From the NCBI GenBank assembly GCA_964470615.1, contig CAYYDH010000002.1, positions 1 through 36,341 of the forward strand: a DNA stretch of 36,341 nucleotides. The letters run 5' to 3'. This stretch comes from an uncultured Candidatus Saccharibacteria bacterium (lineage in GTDB: Bacteria > Patescibacteriota > Minisyncoccia > Minisyncoccales > GWA2-38-27). This document shows, piece after piece, positions 1 to 8,377 of this stretch. The notes below the pieces were generated by a model. That model was given only the letters and a program-made list of their open reading frames with translations. It was not told the origin of the DNA and made no database searches. The translations under genes and the position numbers were made by a program. How positions within the stretch are numbered: position 1 is the stretch's first letter; every line of letters begins with the position of its first letter.

Positions 1-1
1 A

Positions 2-3000
2 ACCTATGTTGATAACATCGCTGATGCGGATTTAACTGGAACAGCGACAGAGGGATTTTGGAGACCCAATACGACAAATTCCGTATTCTTGGTTGACGGA
101 GTTTCGGCGGCAGTTATAAGCGACAGGGCGACCGTGTTCGGTGCGGGTGCAAAGGCGGGGCTTCAAGGAGTTGCTTTTGGACAAACCGCAGGAGCAGCCT
201 TAACCACAGGGGCATTAAACACTTTGATAGGAAACGGCACGGGCGACCAACTGACAACAGGAGGCTCAAATACCTATGTAGGCGACAATGCGGGTGGGCA
301 AGTAGTAGCAACAATCTCAAGTTGCACAGGTGTTGGAAGAAATGCCTTATATGCTACAGGTAGTTATAGTGTTGGCGTAGGATATTTATCTGCTGGATAT
401 AGCACAGGAATTGCCAATACTGCAATAGGTTATCAGGCAGGGCAAGGTGTAAGTGCAACAAGTAATTTTACCTATTCCACGTTTCTTGGATATAGGGCCG
501 GAAAAGAGTTTACAACTGGCGACAGGGCAATTTATATAGGTTCTAATGCCGGATATTACCAAACCACCGCCAATGACATACTGCTTATAGGAAATCAAGA
601 CTATGGTAACGCCGCAACAGAGCTGACTAACTCTATTATCTATGGGGTTATGGCAGCTACGCCTGCAAGTCAAAGCATAACTTTTAATGTTGGAAGCGCT
701 GATTTTGGAGCGGGCAACCTCACCACCACAGGCACAGGAACATTCAACAGCGTTAATATCGGCGGTGCGGCGACATTTCCTTTATATATTACAGCTACAT
801 CATCAACAGATAACTATGGCAGGATGGCAGACATAGTAAGGACAAATTTTGACTTGTCAGGTGGATATACCCAATATGCTGTTGACATACTCGCAAGAGC
901 TACAACTGGCGGCTCAAGAGGGATGTATGCTCTTAGTTTCCAATCAGGGTATTACGGAGCAGAAGCACAAACAGGAAGTATTTCTGGTATATATGGTCAG
1001 GTTTATAATGCAGGAACGGGTGATACGGGGACATCAGCGGCAATAGCAGGAAGGGTATATCTTGACGCCAATAGTCCTACAGTAGCAGGAACTTACTATG
1101 GACTTCAAACTGGCGGATATATTGTCAACACCAAAACAGGAACAGTTACCACTTATGTGGGACACAGGGACGGCGGTATAAACGCAGAAGATGGAACAGT
1201 AACAAATGCCTACAATATACAGACAGGCGCTCATACAGTAGACGGCGGCACTCTTACAAACGCTTATGGAGTTTATATAGGAAATCAAACAAACGCCACG
1301 ACAAGGAATATGGGTCTTGTATTATATGGAGATACCGATGTTTCCTCCAGATTAACCAGTGGAGCGGCAATAGTATTTGGTGCAGGATTTGATGCGGCGA
1401 TAGGATATGACGGGACAAATCTTGTTATAAATCCCTCACTTGTAGGAACTGGGAATTTGATAATCGGGACAGGAAAGGCGGCAACGGACTATTCCTTAAC
1501 CTTTGATGGTGAAACAAACGACGGTGTCTTTACTTGGATGGAAGACGAAGACTACTTCCAATTCTCTGACGATATCTTAATGAGCTCTGCTGAGAACATC
1601 TACTTTAGAGATACAGCTATCTCCATTAACTCTGCTGACGACGGACACATCGATTTTACAGCAGACGTAAGCGTTGACTTTAATACCCCATTATTGGCGC
1701 TTGGCTCTGCTGGTCTGACCACCACCGGTAGCATAACAGCCGGAGATATGCAGATAACAGGTACAGGAGTTTTCTCAAAGATACAAATAGACCAGGCTGA
1801 TGTCTATCTCGATAAAGACGGGTCAAACAACCTTATCTTTTCTGATCCTGTGACTGGGACCAAGACATTGGCCCAATTAGCAGCTGGAGGGGGCGGAACT
1901 CCGGGAGGAGATTCTGGAGATATTCAGTATAATAACGGAGGCTCATTCGGCGGATTCGGGGACTGGAACGGGACAACGCTTGATTTGGGCTCAGGCAATC
2001 TGACCACCACCGGTAGCATAACAGCCGGAGATATGCAGATAACAGGTACAGGAGTTTTCTCAAAGATACAAATAGACCAGGCTGATGTCTATCTCGATAA
2101 AGACGGGTCAAACAACCTTATCTTTTCTGATCCTGTGACTGGGACCAAGACACTAGCTGAGCTATCTACTGGAGGAGGCGGGACGCCAGGAGGCTCAGAT
2201 GGTCAGATTCAATATAACAACGGAGGTTCATTCGGAGGAGCTGCTCAGCTTTACTACAGCGATGGCGATAATAGAGTCGGCATAGGGACAGACAGTCCTG
2301 CCGGCACCTTAGACATTAGGGGTACATTAATCGTTGGAGTTGATGATACCGGCCAAGATGTTACTTTTTACGGCGCTACCAGCGGCAGCTATTTCCTTTG
2401 GGATGAAGACCAAGACCAGCTGAGATTGACTCGCAACAGCCACTATCTTTCGCTGTATTATGATGGGACGAACGGTATAATCACTACTGATTCTGGATGG
2501 TTAGAGCTTTCTGGCGCAGGAGGCAATGATGTGTATTTCTTTGACGGAGACGATGTCGGGGAAAACTACGAAGTAAGAGTTTACGGATACATCACAGCAA
2601 CCACTGGAGCGAGCTTTGCTGCTTTTAATCTTGATGATACTAATGATGAGTTTTTGATTGATGTGGCAGATGGTGATGGCAGCACCACTTTGGATGTGGC
2701 TATTAAACTTGATGACACCGGAGGCAGTTCTGTATTTAGAATAAGGGATTCTGCCGGAACAGAGGTTTTTTACGTGGATTCTGATGGATACGCCACAATG
2801 GTCGGTAGCACCGCCAAAACCTTAGTGACAAGAACAAAAGCTGGAGCTGCAAACGAGTCCGACGCAGATGGCGCATTAGTCGTAGATTCTACTAATGGTA
2901 GACTTTATTTCCGCTATGGCAGTGCCTGGCATTATACCAGTCAGACAGCTGGTTTCGAAATCCCGGCCTTTGAAAAAACAGATCCCATTTCAGGGGAGCA

Positions 3001-3682
3001 GATTGAAGTAGGTGATTTTGTGCTAGGCATGGTTAACGACACTTTTTCTGATGGCGCTCGTCACGGTGTATGGGTGAAATGGGATAACGTTAAACAAGAA
3101 TTAATAAAAGAGGTAAGCGGAGGAATATCCCTTGAGATGCTTAGCGGAGAAATGGGACAGGTCACAGAGGGTGATGAAGAAATAGTCGGAGAAACTGGAT
3201 TTGCGTCTTTGGTAAGAAGGGTTTTAGAAAAGCTAGGGCTGTTTGTCCAAGGGGGTATTGCTCAAGCCAAAGAGTTTATCGCCAAAACAATAACAGTCAA
3301 GACAGCCAAGATCGAAAAGATAGAAATGACAGACGCTATAACGGGCGAAGCCTATTGCGCTTGGATTGAAAGAGGAGAGTGGAAAAAAGTGAAGGCAAGT
3401 TGCGACCGGGTAAGATACGTCGATGGGCTAGTAGTTATTGATGGCGAAATCCCAGAAGGAAGTGATGATATCAAGGGCTGTATGGATTCTTACGCCTCGA
3501 ATTATAATCCAGAGGCCACCAAAGATGATGGTTCTTGTCGATATCCTGTTCCAACTCCCACTCCTACTCCAACTCCTGTCCCAACTCCCACTCCAACTCC
3601 AACTCCCACTCCTACTCCTACTCCAACTCCTGTCCCAACTCCGGATCCCGAGCCTGAACCAGAACCAATTCCTGAAGCTTAA
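2..3682 (+). CDS. Large Gly/Thr/Ala-rich surface repeat protein, 5'-truncated by the window edge (tail-fibre-like / adhesin-like, C-terminal Pro-Thr/Pro-Glu tract)
   Basis: The frame of the 89..3682 ORF stays open back to nt 2 ([29 protein letters not shown] precedes the TTG at 89), so the gene probably starts upstream of the window. It has N-terminal degenerate NTxIGxxAG-type repeats, G-GNLTTTG-x-T motifs and GGGTPGG[12 protein letters not shown] motifs. A 95-aa tandem duplication is present. [24 protein letters not shown] Cys motif is followed by [16 protein letters not shown]...[11 protein letters not shown] and the stop at 3680-3682. Confidence 0.85.
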   Translation, partial: TYVDNIADADLTGTATEGFWRPNTTNSVFLVDGVSAAVISDRATVFGAGAKAGLQGVAFGQTAGAALTTGALNTLIGNGTGDQLTTGGSNTYVGDNAGGQVVATISSCTGVGRNALYATGSYSVGVGYLSAGYSTGIANTAIGYQAGQGVSATSNFTYSTFLGYRAGKEFTTGDRAIYIGSNAGYYQTTANDILLIGNQDYGNAATELTNSIIYGVMAATPASQSITFNVGSADFGAGNLTTTGTGTFNSVNIGGAATFPLYITATSSTDNYGRMADIVRTNFDLSGGYTQYAVDILARATTGGSRGMYALSFQSGYYGAEAQTGSISGIYGQVYNAGTGDTGTSAAIAGRVYLDANSPTVAGTYYGLQTGGYIVNTKTGTVTTYVGHRDGGINAEDGTVTNAYNIQTGAHTVDGGTLTNAYGVYIGNQTNATTRNMGLVLYGDTDVSSRLTSGAAIVFGAGFDAAIGYDGTNLVINPSLVGTGNLIIGTGKAATDYSLTFDGETNDGVFTWMEDEDYFQFSDDILMSSAENIYFRDTAISINSADDGHIDFTADVSVDFNTPLLALGSAGLTTTGSITAGDMQITGTGVFSKIQIDQADVYLDKDGSNNLIFSDPVTGTKTLAQLAAGGGGTPGGDSGDIQYNNGGSFGGFGDWNGTTLDLGSGNLTTTGSITAGDMQITGTGVFSKIQIDQADVYLDKDGSNNLIFSDPVTGTKTLAELSTGGGGTPGGSDGQIQYNNGGSFGGAAQLYYSDGDNRVGIGTDSPAGTLDIRGTLIVGVDDTGQDVTFYGATSGSYFLWDEDQDQLRLTRNSHYLSLYYDGTNGIITTDSGWLELSGAGGNDVYFFDGDDVGENYEVRVYGYITATTGASFAAFNLDDTNDEFLIDVADGDGSTTLDVAIKLDDTGGSSVFRIRDSAGTEVFYVDSDGYATMVGSTAKTLVTRTKAGAANESDADGALVVDSTNGRLYFRYGSAWHYTSQTAGFEIPAFEKTDPISGEQIEVGDFVLGMVNDTFSDGARHGVWVKWDNVKQELIKEVSGGISLEMLSGEMGQVTEGDEEIVGETGFASLVRRVLEKLGLFVQGGIAQAKEFIAKTITVKTAKIEKIEMTDAITGEAYCAWIERGEWKKVKASCDRVRYVDGLVVIDGEIPEGSDDIKGCMDSYASNYNPEATKDDGSCRYPVPTPTPTPTPVPTPTPTPTPTPTPTPTPVPTPDPEPEPEPIPEA
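200..620 (+). repeat. Degenerate ~14-aa coding repeats ([10 protein letters not shown] / [10 protein letters not shown] / [10 protein letters not shown] / NTAIGYQAG / TFLGYRAG / IYIGSNAG / LLIGNQDYG)
   Basis: A recurrent hydrophobic-x-I/V-G-x-x-A-G pattern shows in the translated ORF. It resembles repeats of trimeric-adhesin heads and phage fibres. Boundaries are approximate. Confidence 0.5.
1700..2269 (+). repeat. In-frame 2 x 285-bp (95-aa) tandem duplication with a 154-bp perfectly identical core
   Basis: nt 1714-1867 are identical base-for-base to nt 1999-2152 (checked by hand). The core encodes [51 protein letters not shown]. The flanks of each unit are homologous but clearly diverged. 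Confidence 0.95.
3545..3679 (+). repeat. Low-complexity (ACTCCN)n-like tract encoding the PT/PV/PE terminal linker
   Basis: The DNA reads cctgttccaactcccactcctactccaactcctgtcccaactccc... and contains an internal near-duplication. It translates to [45 protein letters not shown]. Confidence 0.9.
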
Positions 3683-3711
3683 TCAGTTTAATAATAATTT
3701 ACAAATTACCA

Positions 3712-4329
3712 ATGATATTAGTTAAAACAAAAAAAGAAAGGATAAAATTGGCTGTTTTGGTTATAACCGCCTTAATCATCGGGACAATAGTTGTCGGGTA
3801 TTTGATCAGAGGAGAGAATCCTAAAAAACAGGAACCTAACGCAAAAGAGAAATTAGAACAGATGAATTCTCAAACAGGTGAGATATCGGTTGTCCAAGGG
3901 GAGGAAATAAACAAAGAATACTCTTTTAAGGATTTTACCGGAAAATCTTTAAGAGATATCCCAGTTGAAGAGCTTAATAGCAGCATAATAATGGGCAGCT
4001 GTTTTTATCAAGAGAATAAACCCAATACTAAAGTGTTTCCTGATAATATGAGAGGGGTTGTTTTTAAAAGATGCAATCTTGATAACGCGTATATTCCTCC
4101 TGGAAACATGGTTGTTCTTGAGGGAGCAGATAAGTGCAGCAACAAAAACCTCAAAGAGCAGAATGACTGGGAAATGTGGATTGTTGATGGAAATATGAAT
4201 CCCATAGAGCCATTGGACAAAGAAGATAGAATAGCAGCAGGAGTAAGCATAGATCCAAAAGATATTCCCGCTAGAAGGTTTACCGAAGAAGAAAGAAGAA
4301 AGTTTGACGAAAAATTACTTGGACTATGA
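3712..4329 (+). CDS. Small N-terminally membrane-anchored protein of unknown function
   Basis: The 205-aa ORF has one N-terminal TM helix (LAVLVITALIIGTIVVGYLI), then a charged linker. A Cys-containing domain follows with weak pentapeptide-repeat-like periodicity (FKDFTGKSLRD...GSCFYQE...VVFKRCNLDNAYIP). Its stop overlaps the next start (ATGA at 4326-4329). Confidence 0.7.
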   Translation: MILVKTKKERIKLAVLVITALIIGTIVVGYLIRGENPKKQEPNAKEKLEQMNSQTGEISVVQGEEINKEYSFKDFTGKSLRDIPVEELNSSIIMGSCFYQENKPNTKVFPDNMRGVVFKRCNLDNAYIPPGNMVVLEGADKCSNKNLKEQNDWEMWIVDGNMNPIEPLDKEDRIAAGVSIDPKDIPARRFTEEERRKFDEKLLGL

Positions 4330-5726
4330 AAATAAATAAAATAATAATTATTCTATCAGTTGTCCTTTTCTTCTCCCCCATCCTCGCCAGGGCTGCAATT
4401 GCTGACAACACTGTCTGGGAGTTCAGGGCGACAGGAAGCAATAACAACGGAGGAGGATTCTACAACAGGAATCCTGGGACAAGCGTTGACTATTCCCAGC
4501 AAGACGCAGCCCAGCTTAATTTAACTAACTTAGCAACAAATGGAGCAGGAACAGGATTAAGCTCAGTCACAGGAGGGTTTACTGCTGCTATGGTAGGAAA
4601 CATCATCAATATCACAGCTGGAACAGGCTTTACCCCTGGCTGGTACGAAATCACAGCCTATGCAGATACCAACAACGTGACAATAGATAGAAGCGCTGGA
4701 GCCAGCGCCTCTTCTGGCACAGGATACATTGGAGGGGCCAGGGCTGTTCCCACTGACGCTTTCTTTGAACAGCTGACAGCAGGAAACATAGTATATTTTA
4801 AGATAGGGACTTATACGTTGACAGAGAATATTATAACTGCGTCTACCGTAGGTACTGCTGCTGATCCTGTTGTTGTTGAAGGATATAACTCCGCAAGGGG
4901 AGACAACCCCACAGGAGACAATAGGCCCACGATTGTTGCTAGTACTTATGACTGGCGATTTGTTGGGTCAGGTAATAATACCTATATGACCTTCCGCAAT
5001 CTAATAGTAACTAGCATTAACTCAAATGGTGCTTTTTACCTTTATGCCTACGCTACTGTAGAGAATTGCAAGGCGATCCAAAGCAGTGCTTCGGCCTACA
5101 ACGCTTTTTATATTGCTAGTGGGTTTGTCAAGATAATAAACTCTGAAGCAGTATCGACAAACGGGAACGCTATCGATGCTCGTGGTTACTCCGAGATTAT
5201 AGGATGCTACATACACGATAGTAGCGTAGGAATCTATACTTACGGCAGCGTCATCCTTATTCTCCACAACATTATTGATACCTGTACGACAGGGATATAC
5301 GGGGGTGATACAAATTATTTTAATAAAGCGGTTATGAATAATACAATATATAATTGCACTACAGGAATATCGGTGACAGTTGCTGAGCGGGGTTGGCTAG
5401 TTGCAAACAACATTATAGATTCTTGTACTACAGGGGCAAGTTGGAGTAGTGAGGTAAAGAATAGTTGGTGGGATTATAACAACTGGCATAACAACGGTAC
5501 TGATGTTTCAAATGTAACAAAAGGAGATAATGCCTTAGCTTTAGACCCTCAATTCACTGACGCTGCCAACGGCGATTTCTCAATTGGGACCAATCTTAAA
5601 GCTCAGGGGTTTTTAGGCGTTTTTCCAGGTTCCTTGTCGACAGGATACCTTGATGTCGGGGCTGCCCAGAGACAGGAGCCCGGCATTCCGGGAATTAAAA
5701 TAAAGGGAGGAGTTAAAATAAAATAA
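4326..5726 (+). CDS. Secreted right-handed parallel beta-helix repeat protein (pectate-lyase-fold / tailspike-like)
   Basis: It has a Sec-type signal peptide (MKINKIIIILSVVLFFSPILARA-AIA). Reiterated PbH1-like rungs are present: NIIDTCTTGIYGG, NTIYNCTTGISVT, NNIIDSCTTGASW. The C-terminal motif DPQFTDAANGDFSIGTNLKAQG is typical of this family. Confidence 0.85.
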   Translation: MKINKIIIILSVVLFFSPILARAAIADNTVWEFRATGSNNNGGGFYNRNPGTSVDYSQQDAAQLNLTNLATNGAGTGLSSVTGGFTAAMVGNIINITAGTGFTPGWYEITAYADTNNVTIDRSAGASASSGTGYIGGARAVPTDAFFEQLTAGNIVYFKIGTYTLTENIITASTVGTAADPVVVEGYNSARGDNPTGDNRPTIVASTYDWRFVGSGNNTYMTFRNLIVTSINSNGAFYLYAYATVENCKAIQSSASAYNAFYIASGFVKIINSEAVSTNGNAIDARGYSEIIGCYIHDSSVGIYTYGSVILILHNIIDTCTTGIYGGDTNYFNKAVMNNTIYNCTTGISVTVAERGWLVANNIIDSCTTGASWSSEVKNSWWDYNNWHNNGTDVSNVTKGDNALALDPQFTDAANGDFSIGTNLKAQGFLGVFPGSLSTGYLDVGAAQRQEPGIPGIKIKGGVKIK

Positions 5727-5731
5727 AAAGG

Positions 5732-5759
5732 TTGATTTTCTAGGATAATAAATTAAAAT
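5732..5759 (+). promoter_or_regulatory. Possible sigma70-type promoter TTGATT-16-TAAAAT
   Basis: The hexamers were read directly, about 29 nt upstream of the ATG at 5788. The AT-rich context makes chance matches likely. Confidence 0.3.
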
Positions 5760-5787
5760 AATAAAGTATAACTAGTAAAATAAAAAC

Positions 5788-8169
5788 ATGAAAAAAACAT
5801 CTTCTCGGGCCATGGAAATCTGCGAAAAGATTTCAAAGTACAGTATCTACGTTTTAGTGTTTCTTTTGCCTCTTTTCTTTTTACCTTGGACAGCAAATGT
5901 CCTTGATTTCAACAAGCAGCTGTTGCTTATGGTTTTGGTTTTAGTTTCCTTTTTTGCCTGGTGGTTAAGGATTCTAATGGCAGGAGAGTTTAGCTTTAAG
6001 ATAAGCTTAGTTAACTTGGCTCTTGCCGTCTTATTCTTAATTTATCTCTTAGCAACTATTTTCTCTTTGTGGGGATACGGAAGTTTCTGGGGCTTGCCTT
6101 TGAGCGCCTCTGATAGTCTGCTTACTTTGTTATGCTTGGCCATATTCTACCTTGTGCTGGTTAATGTTTTGGAAAAGAAAGAGATCTTTTATTCTTTTCT
6201 GGTGCTTACTGTTTCCGGGCTTTTGGCAATTGCTTTCGGAGTAGCTCAACTTTTCGGAAGATTCCTGCTTCCTTTTGATTTTGCTAAGACAGCTTCCTTC
6301 AACACGATTGGTTCTGTCAACAGCTTAAGTCTGTTCGCGGCTGTTCTGCTTCCCTTGATTATCAGCTTTATCATTAATACCAAGAAGCTGTTAAGGATAG
6401 CTTTTATCGTTTCTGCTGTTTTAAGCGCGCTATTGCTTATTTTAGTCAACTTTTCTATTGCTTGGTGGATTGCGATGATAGGATCTGCCTTGATAATCGT
6501 TTGCGGGACCCAGAGAAGAGAATTTTTTGATAACCGCTGGCTTATTCTGCCAATGTTTTTCTTAGCCTTGGGATTGTTTTTCGGATTTTTCAAGTTCCAG
6601 ATTCCGGGCCTTCCTGCCAGGCCGATTGAAGTTTACTTGAACCAGAAGACCAGCCTATCGATTGGCTGGGAGGCGGTTAAGGCAAGGCCTATTTTAGGTT
6701 CAGGACCTGGTACGTTTGTTTATGATTTTTCTAAGTACAAGAGCTCCGAGTTAAATCAGGGAATATTCTGGAATATAAGGTTTGATTCGCCTTCGTCAAA
6801 GATTGTCAATATTTTGGCGACAACAGGAGTGTTGGGGCTACTTTCTTTTTTAGCCTTGATCGGCCTTTTTATTCTTGAGGGATTGAAATATCTTTTTGGT
6901 ATCTCCATACTGAAGAAAGACCAGGAAGATCAAGCCCCCTCTATTAACGAGCCAATATGGTGGAATTTTGGTTTGGGTATTTTCTCTAGCTTTGTAGCAT
7001 TAACTATCGCCTATTTCATCTATTCGTCCAACCTGACAATGGGCTTTCTCTTTTTCTTGCTCTTAGGAGGTTTTATCTCCATTTTTGCTGCAAAGAAAAA
7101 AGAGTTTACCCTAGAATCATCTTCTTGGCTTACCCTGACTGTTACCTTTGTCTTTACTCTGGTGTTTATCTTTGGTTTGGGCCTTTTTATTCTTGAAGGA
7201 CAAAGATACATAGCTGAAATATTTTATCTTAAAGGAGCTCGGGCTTGGCAAGAGCAAAAGAGCGAAGAAAGCCTTAGTTATCTGGAGGGAGCGATAAGAA
7301 AGAACTCTAAAATGGATTTGTATTGGAGAGAATTATCGCAGATTTACCTCCAAGAGTTGGATAAAGAAGCTAGAAGAACAGATATATCAAAAGAAGAGGT
7401 GAGCCAGATAGCTCAGACAATCATTAACAGCGCGGTAACAGCGGCAAAGAACGCCACTGATTTGAACCCCAGCAATGTTGCCAATTGGTCAGTAAGAGGC
7501 CTTGTTTACCAAAATTTGATTGGGATAGTCGGAGGGATACAAGATTGGACTTCAGATATATATGATGAAGCGATAAAGTTGGAACCGACAAGCCCTTATT
7601 TCCCGACCCAAAAAGGGATTGCTCTCCGTCAAGCTGCTTTTCTTGAAGGGGTTAAGGAAAGCGAAAAAAACTCTTTGCTCGCTGGCGCTAAGGCGCAATT
7701 TGACAGGGCGATTGAGCTGAAATCAGATTATGCTCCCGCTCATTTCCAGATTGCGATGACCTATCAGGCGCAGGGCAAGCAGAAAGAAGCAATTACTAAA
7801 CTGGAAGAAACAAAGAAAATAGCTTCAGCTAACGATATTGGATTGGCCTTCCAATTGGGATTGCTCTATTATCAGTCCAAAGACTATACTTCAGCTAAAA
7901 CAGAGCTGGAGAGAGCAGTCAGCATTAATCCCAACTACTCTAATGCCCTTTATTTCCTAGGGTTAGCCTATGACCAATTAGGACAAAGGCAAAAGGCAAT
8001 TGATGCTTTCCAGAAAGTAGTGGATTTGAATAAGGACAATACCGAGGTCAAGAGCATTCTGTCTAATCTAAAAGCAGGGAAAGCAGCTCTAGACGGCCTT
8101 ACTCCGCAAACAGACACGGTTCCCATAGAAGAGAACCAGCCAGGGGTTAAAACCGGAAACGAAGATTAA
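5788..8169 (+). CDS. O-antigen ligase family (Wzy_C-like) polytopic membrane protein fused to C-terminal TPR repeats
   Basis: About 480 aa contain many TM helices and the loop motif ARPILGSGPGTFVYDF typical of the WaaL/Wzy_C family. At least 4 TPR-like units follow (SDYAPAHFQIAMTYQAQGKQKEAI..., NPNYSNALYFLGLAYDQLGQRQKAIDAFQKVVDLNKDN). Confidence 0.85.
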   Translation: MKKTSSRAMEICEKISKYSIYVLVFLLPLFFLPWTANVLDFNKQLLLMVLVLVSFFAWWLRILMAGEFSFKISLVNLALAVLFLIYLLATIFSLWGYGSFWGLPLSASDSLLTLLCLAIFYLVLVNVLEKKEIFYSFLVLTVSGLLAIAFGVAQLFGRFLLPFDFAKTASFNTIGSVNSLSLFAAVLLPLIISFIINTKKLLRIAFIVSAVLSALLLILVNFSIAWWIAMIGSALIIVCGTQRREFFDNRWLILPMFFLALGLFFGFFKFQIPGLPARPIEVYLNQKTSLSIGWEAVKARPILGSGPGTFVYDFSKYKSSELNQGIFWNIRFDSPSSKIVNILATTGVLGLLSFLALIGLFILEGLKYLFGISILKKDQEDQAPSINEPIWWNFGLGIFSSFVALTIAYFIYSSNLTMGFLFFLLLGGFISIFAAKKKEFTLESSSWLTLTVTFVFTLVFIFGLGLFILEGQRYIAEIFYLKGARAWQEQKSEESLSYLEGAIRKNSKMDLYWRELSQIYLQELDKEARRTDISKEEVSQIAQTIINSAVTAAKNATDLNPSNVANWSVRGLVYQNLIGIVGGIQDWTSDIYDEAIKLEPTSPYFPTQKGIALRQAAFLEGVKESEKNSLLAGAKAQFDRAIELKSDYAPAHFQIAMTYQAQGKQKEAITKLEETKKIASANDIGLAFQLGLLYYQSKDYTSAKTELERAVSINPNYSNALYFLGLAYDQLGQRQKAIDAFQKVVDLNKDNTEVKSILSNLKAGKAALDGLTPQTDTVPIEENQPGVKTGNED

Positions 8170-8204
8170 GCAGGGCAAAGGTTCAATTTATTCTATTTTA
8201 GCTA

Positions 8205-8233
8205 TTGACAGGGTTTCAAGGAAAGGTTAGAAT
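8205..8233 (+). promoter_or_regulatory. Promoter TTGACA-17-TAGAAT upstream of rpoB
   Basis: The consensus -35 (8205-8210) and a good -10 (8228-8233) have a 17-nt spacer. This implies a ~140-nt leader. Confidence 0.6.
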
Positions 8234-8263
8234 TTAAGTTAGTAAACTTCCCTATGATCTTAG

Positions 8264-8292
8264 GAGATATTTCGATAATAAATATCTCTTTT
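8264..8292 (+). promoter_or_regulatory. Hairpin plus U-tract in the rpoB leader (possible attenuator)
   Basis: gagatattt (8264-8272) pairs with aaatatctc (8280-8288) around a 7-nt loop and is followed by tttt. The stem is AT-rich, so stability is modest. Confidence 0.3.
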
Positions 8293-8377
8293 GGATATTC
8301 TTTGAGCTCAAATCTTTTTTGATAAAATTAAATAGAATTCGTTGCCCTAGGCTAAGGGTTCCTTTTGTTTTTTTATC

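Noticed and set aside
1700-2269. Diversity-generating retroelement (template/variable repeat pair) as an explanation for the internal repeat in the giant protein
   Set aside because: The two copies are tandem and in-frame within one gene. The core is perfectly identical. The differences in the flanks are spread over all bases and many are synonymous, not confined to adenine positions. No reverse transcriptase gene is in the window.
3545-3679. CRISPR array or non-coding microsatellite
   Set aside because: The periodic DNA is a coding Pro-Thr tract in frame with the upstream ORF. There is no repeat-spacer structure and no cas genes.
2-5726. Prophage tail module (tail fibre plus tailspike)
   Set aside because: This cannot be excluded because the left edge is cut. 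However, the beta-helix protein has a cleavable Sec signal peptide and the small protein has a TM anchor. There is no integrase, lysis, baseplate or att-like repeat in the window, and the block runs straight into envelope and core genes. I keep it as the main alternative hypothesis rather than a call.
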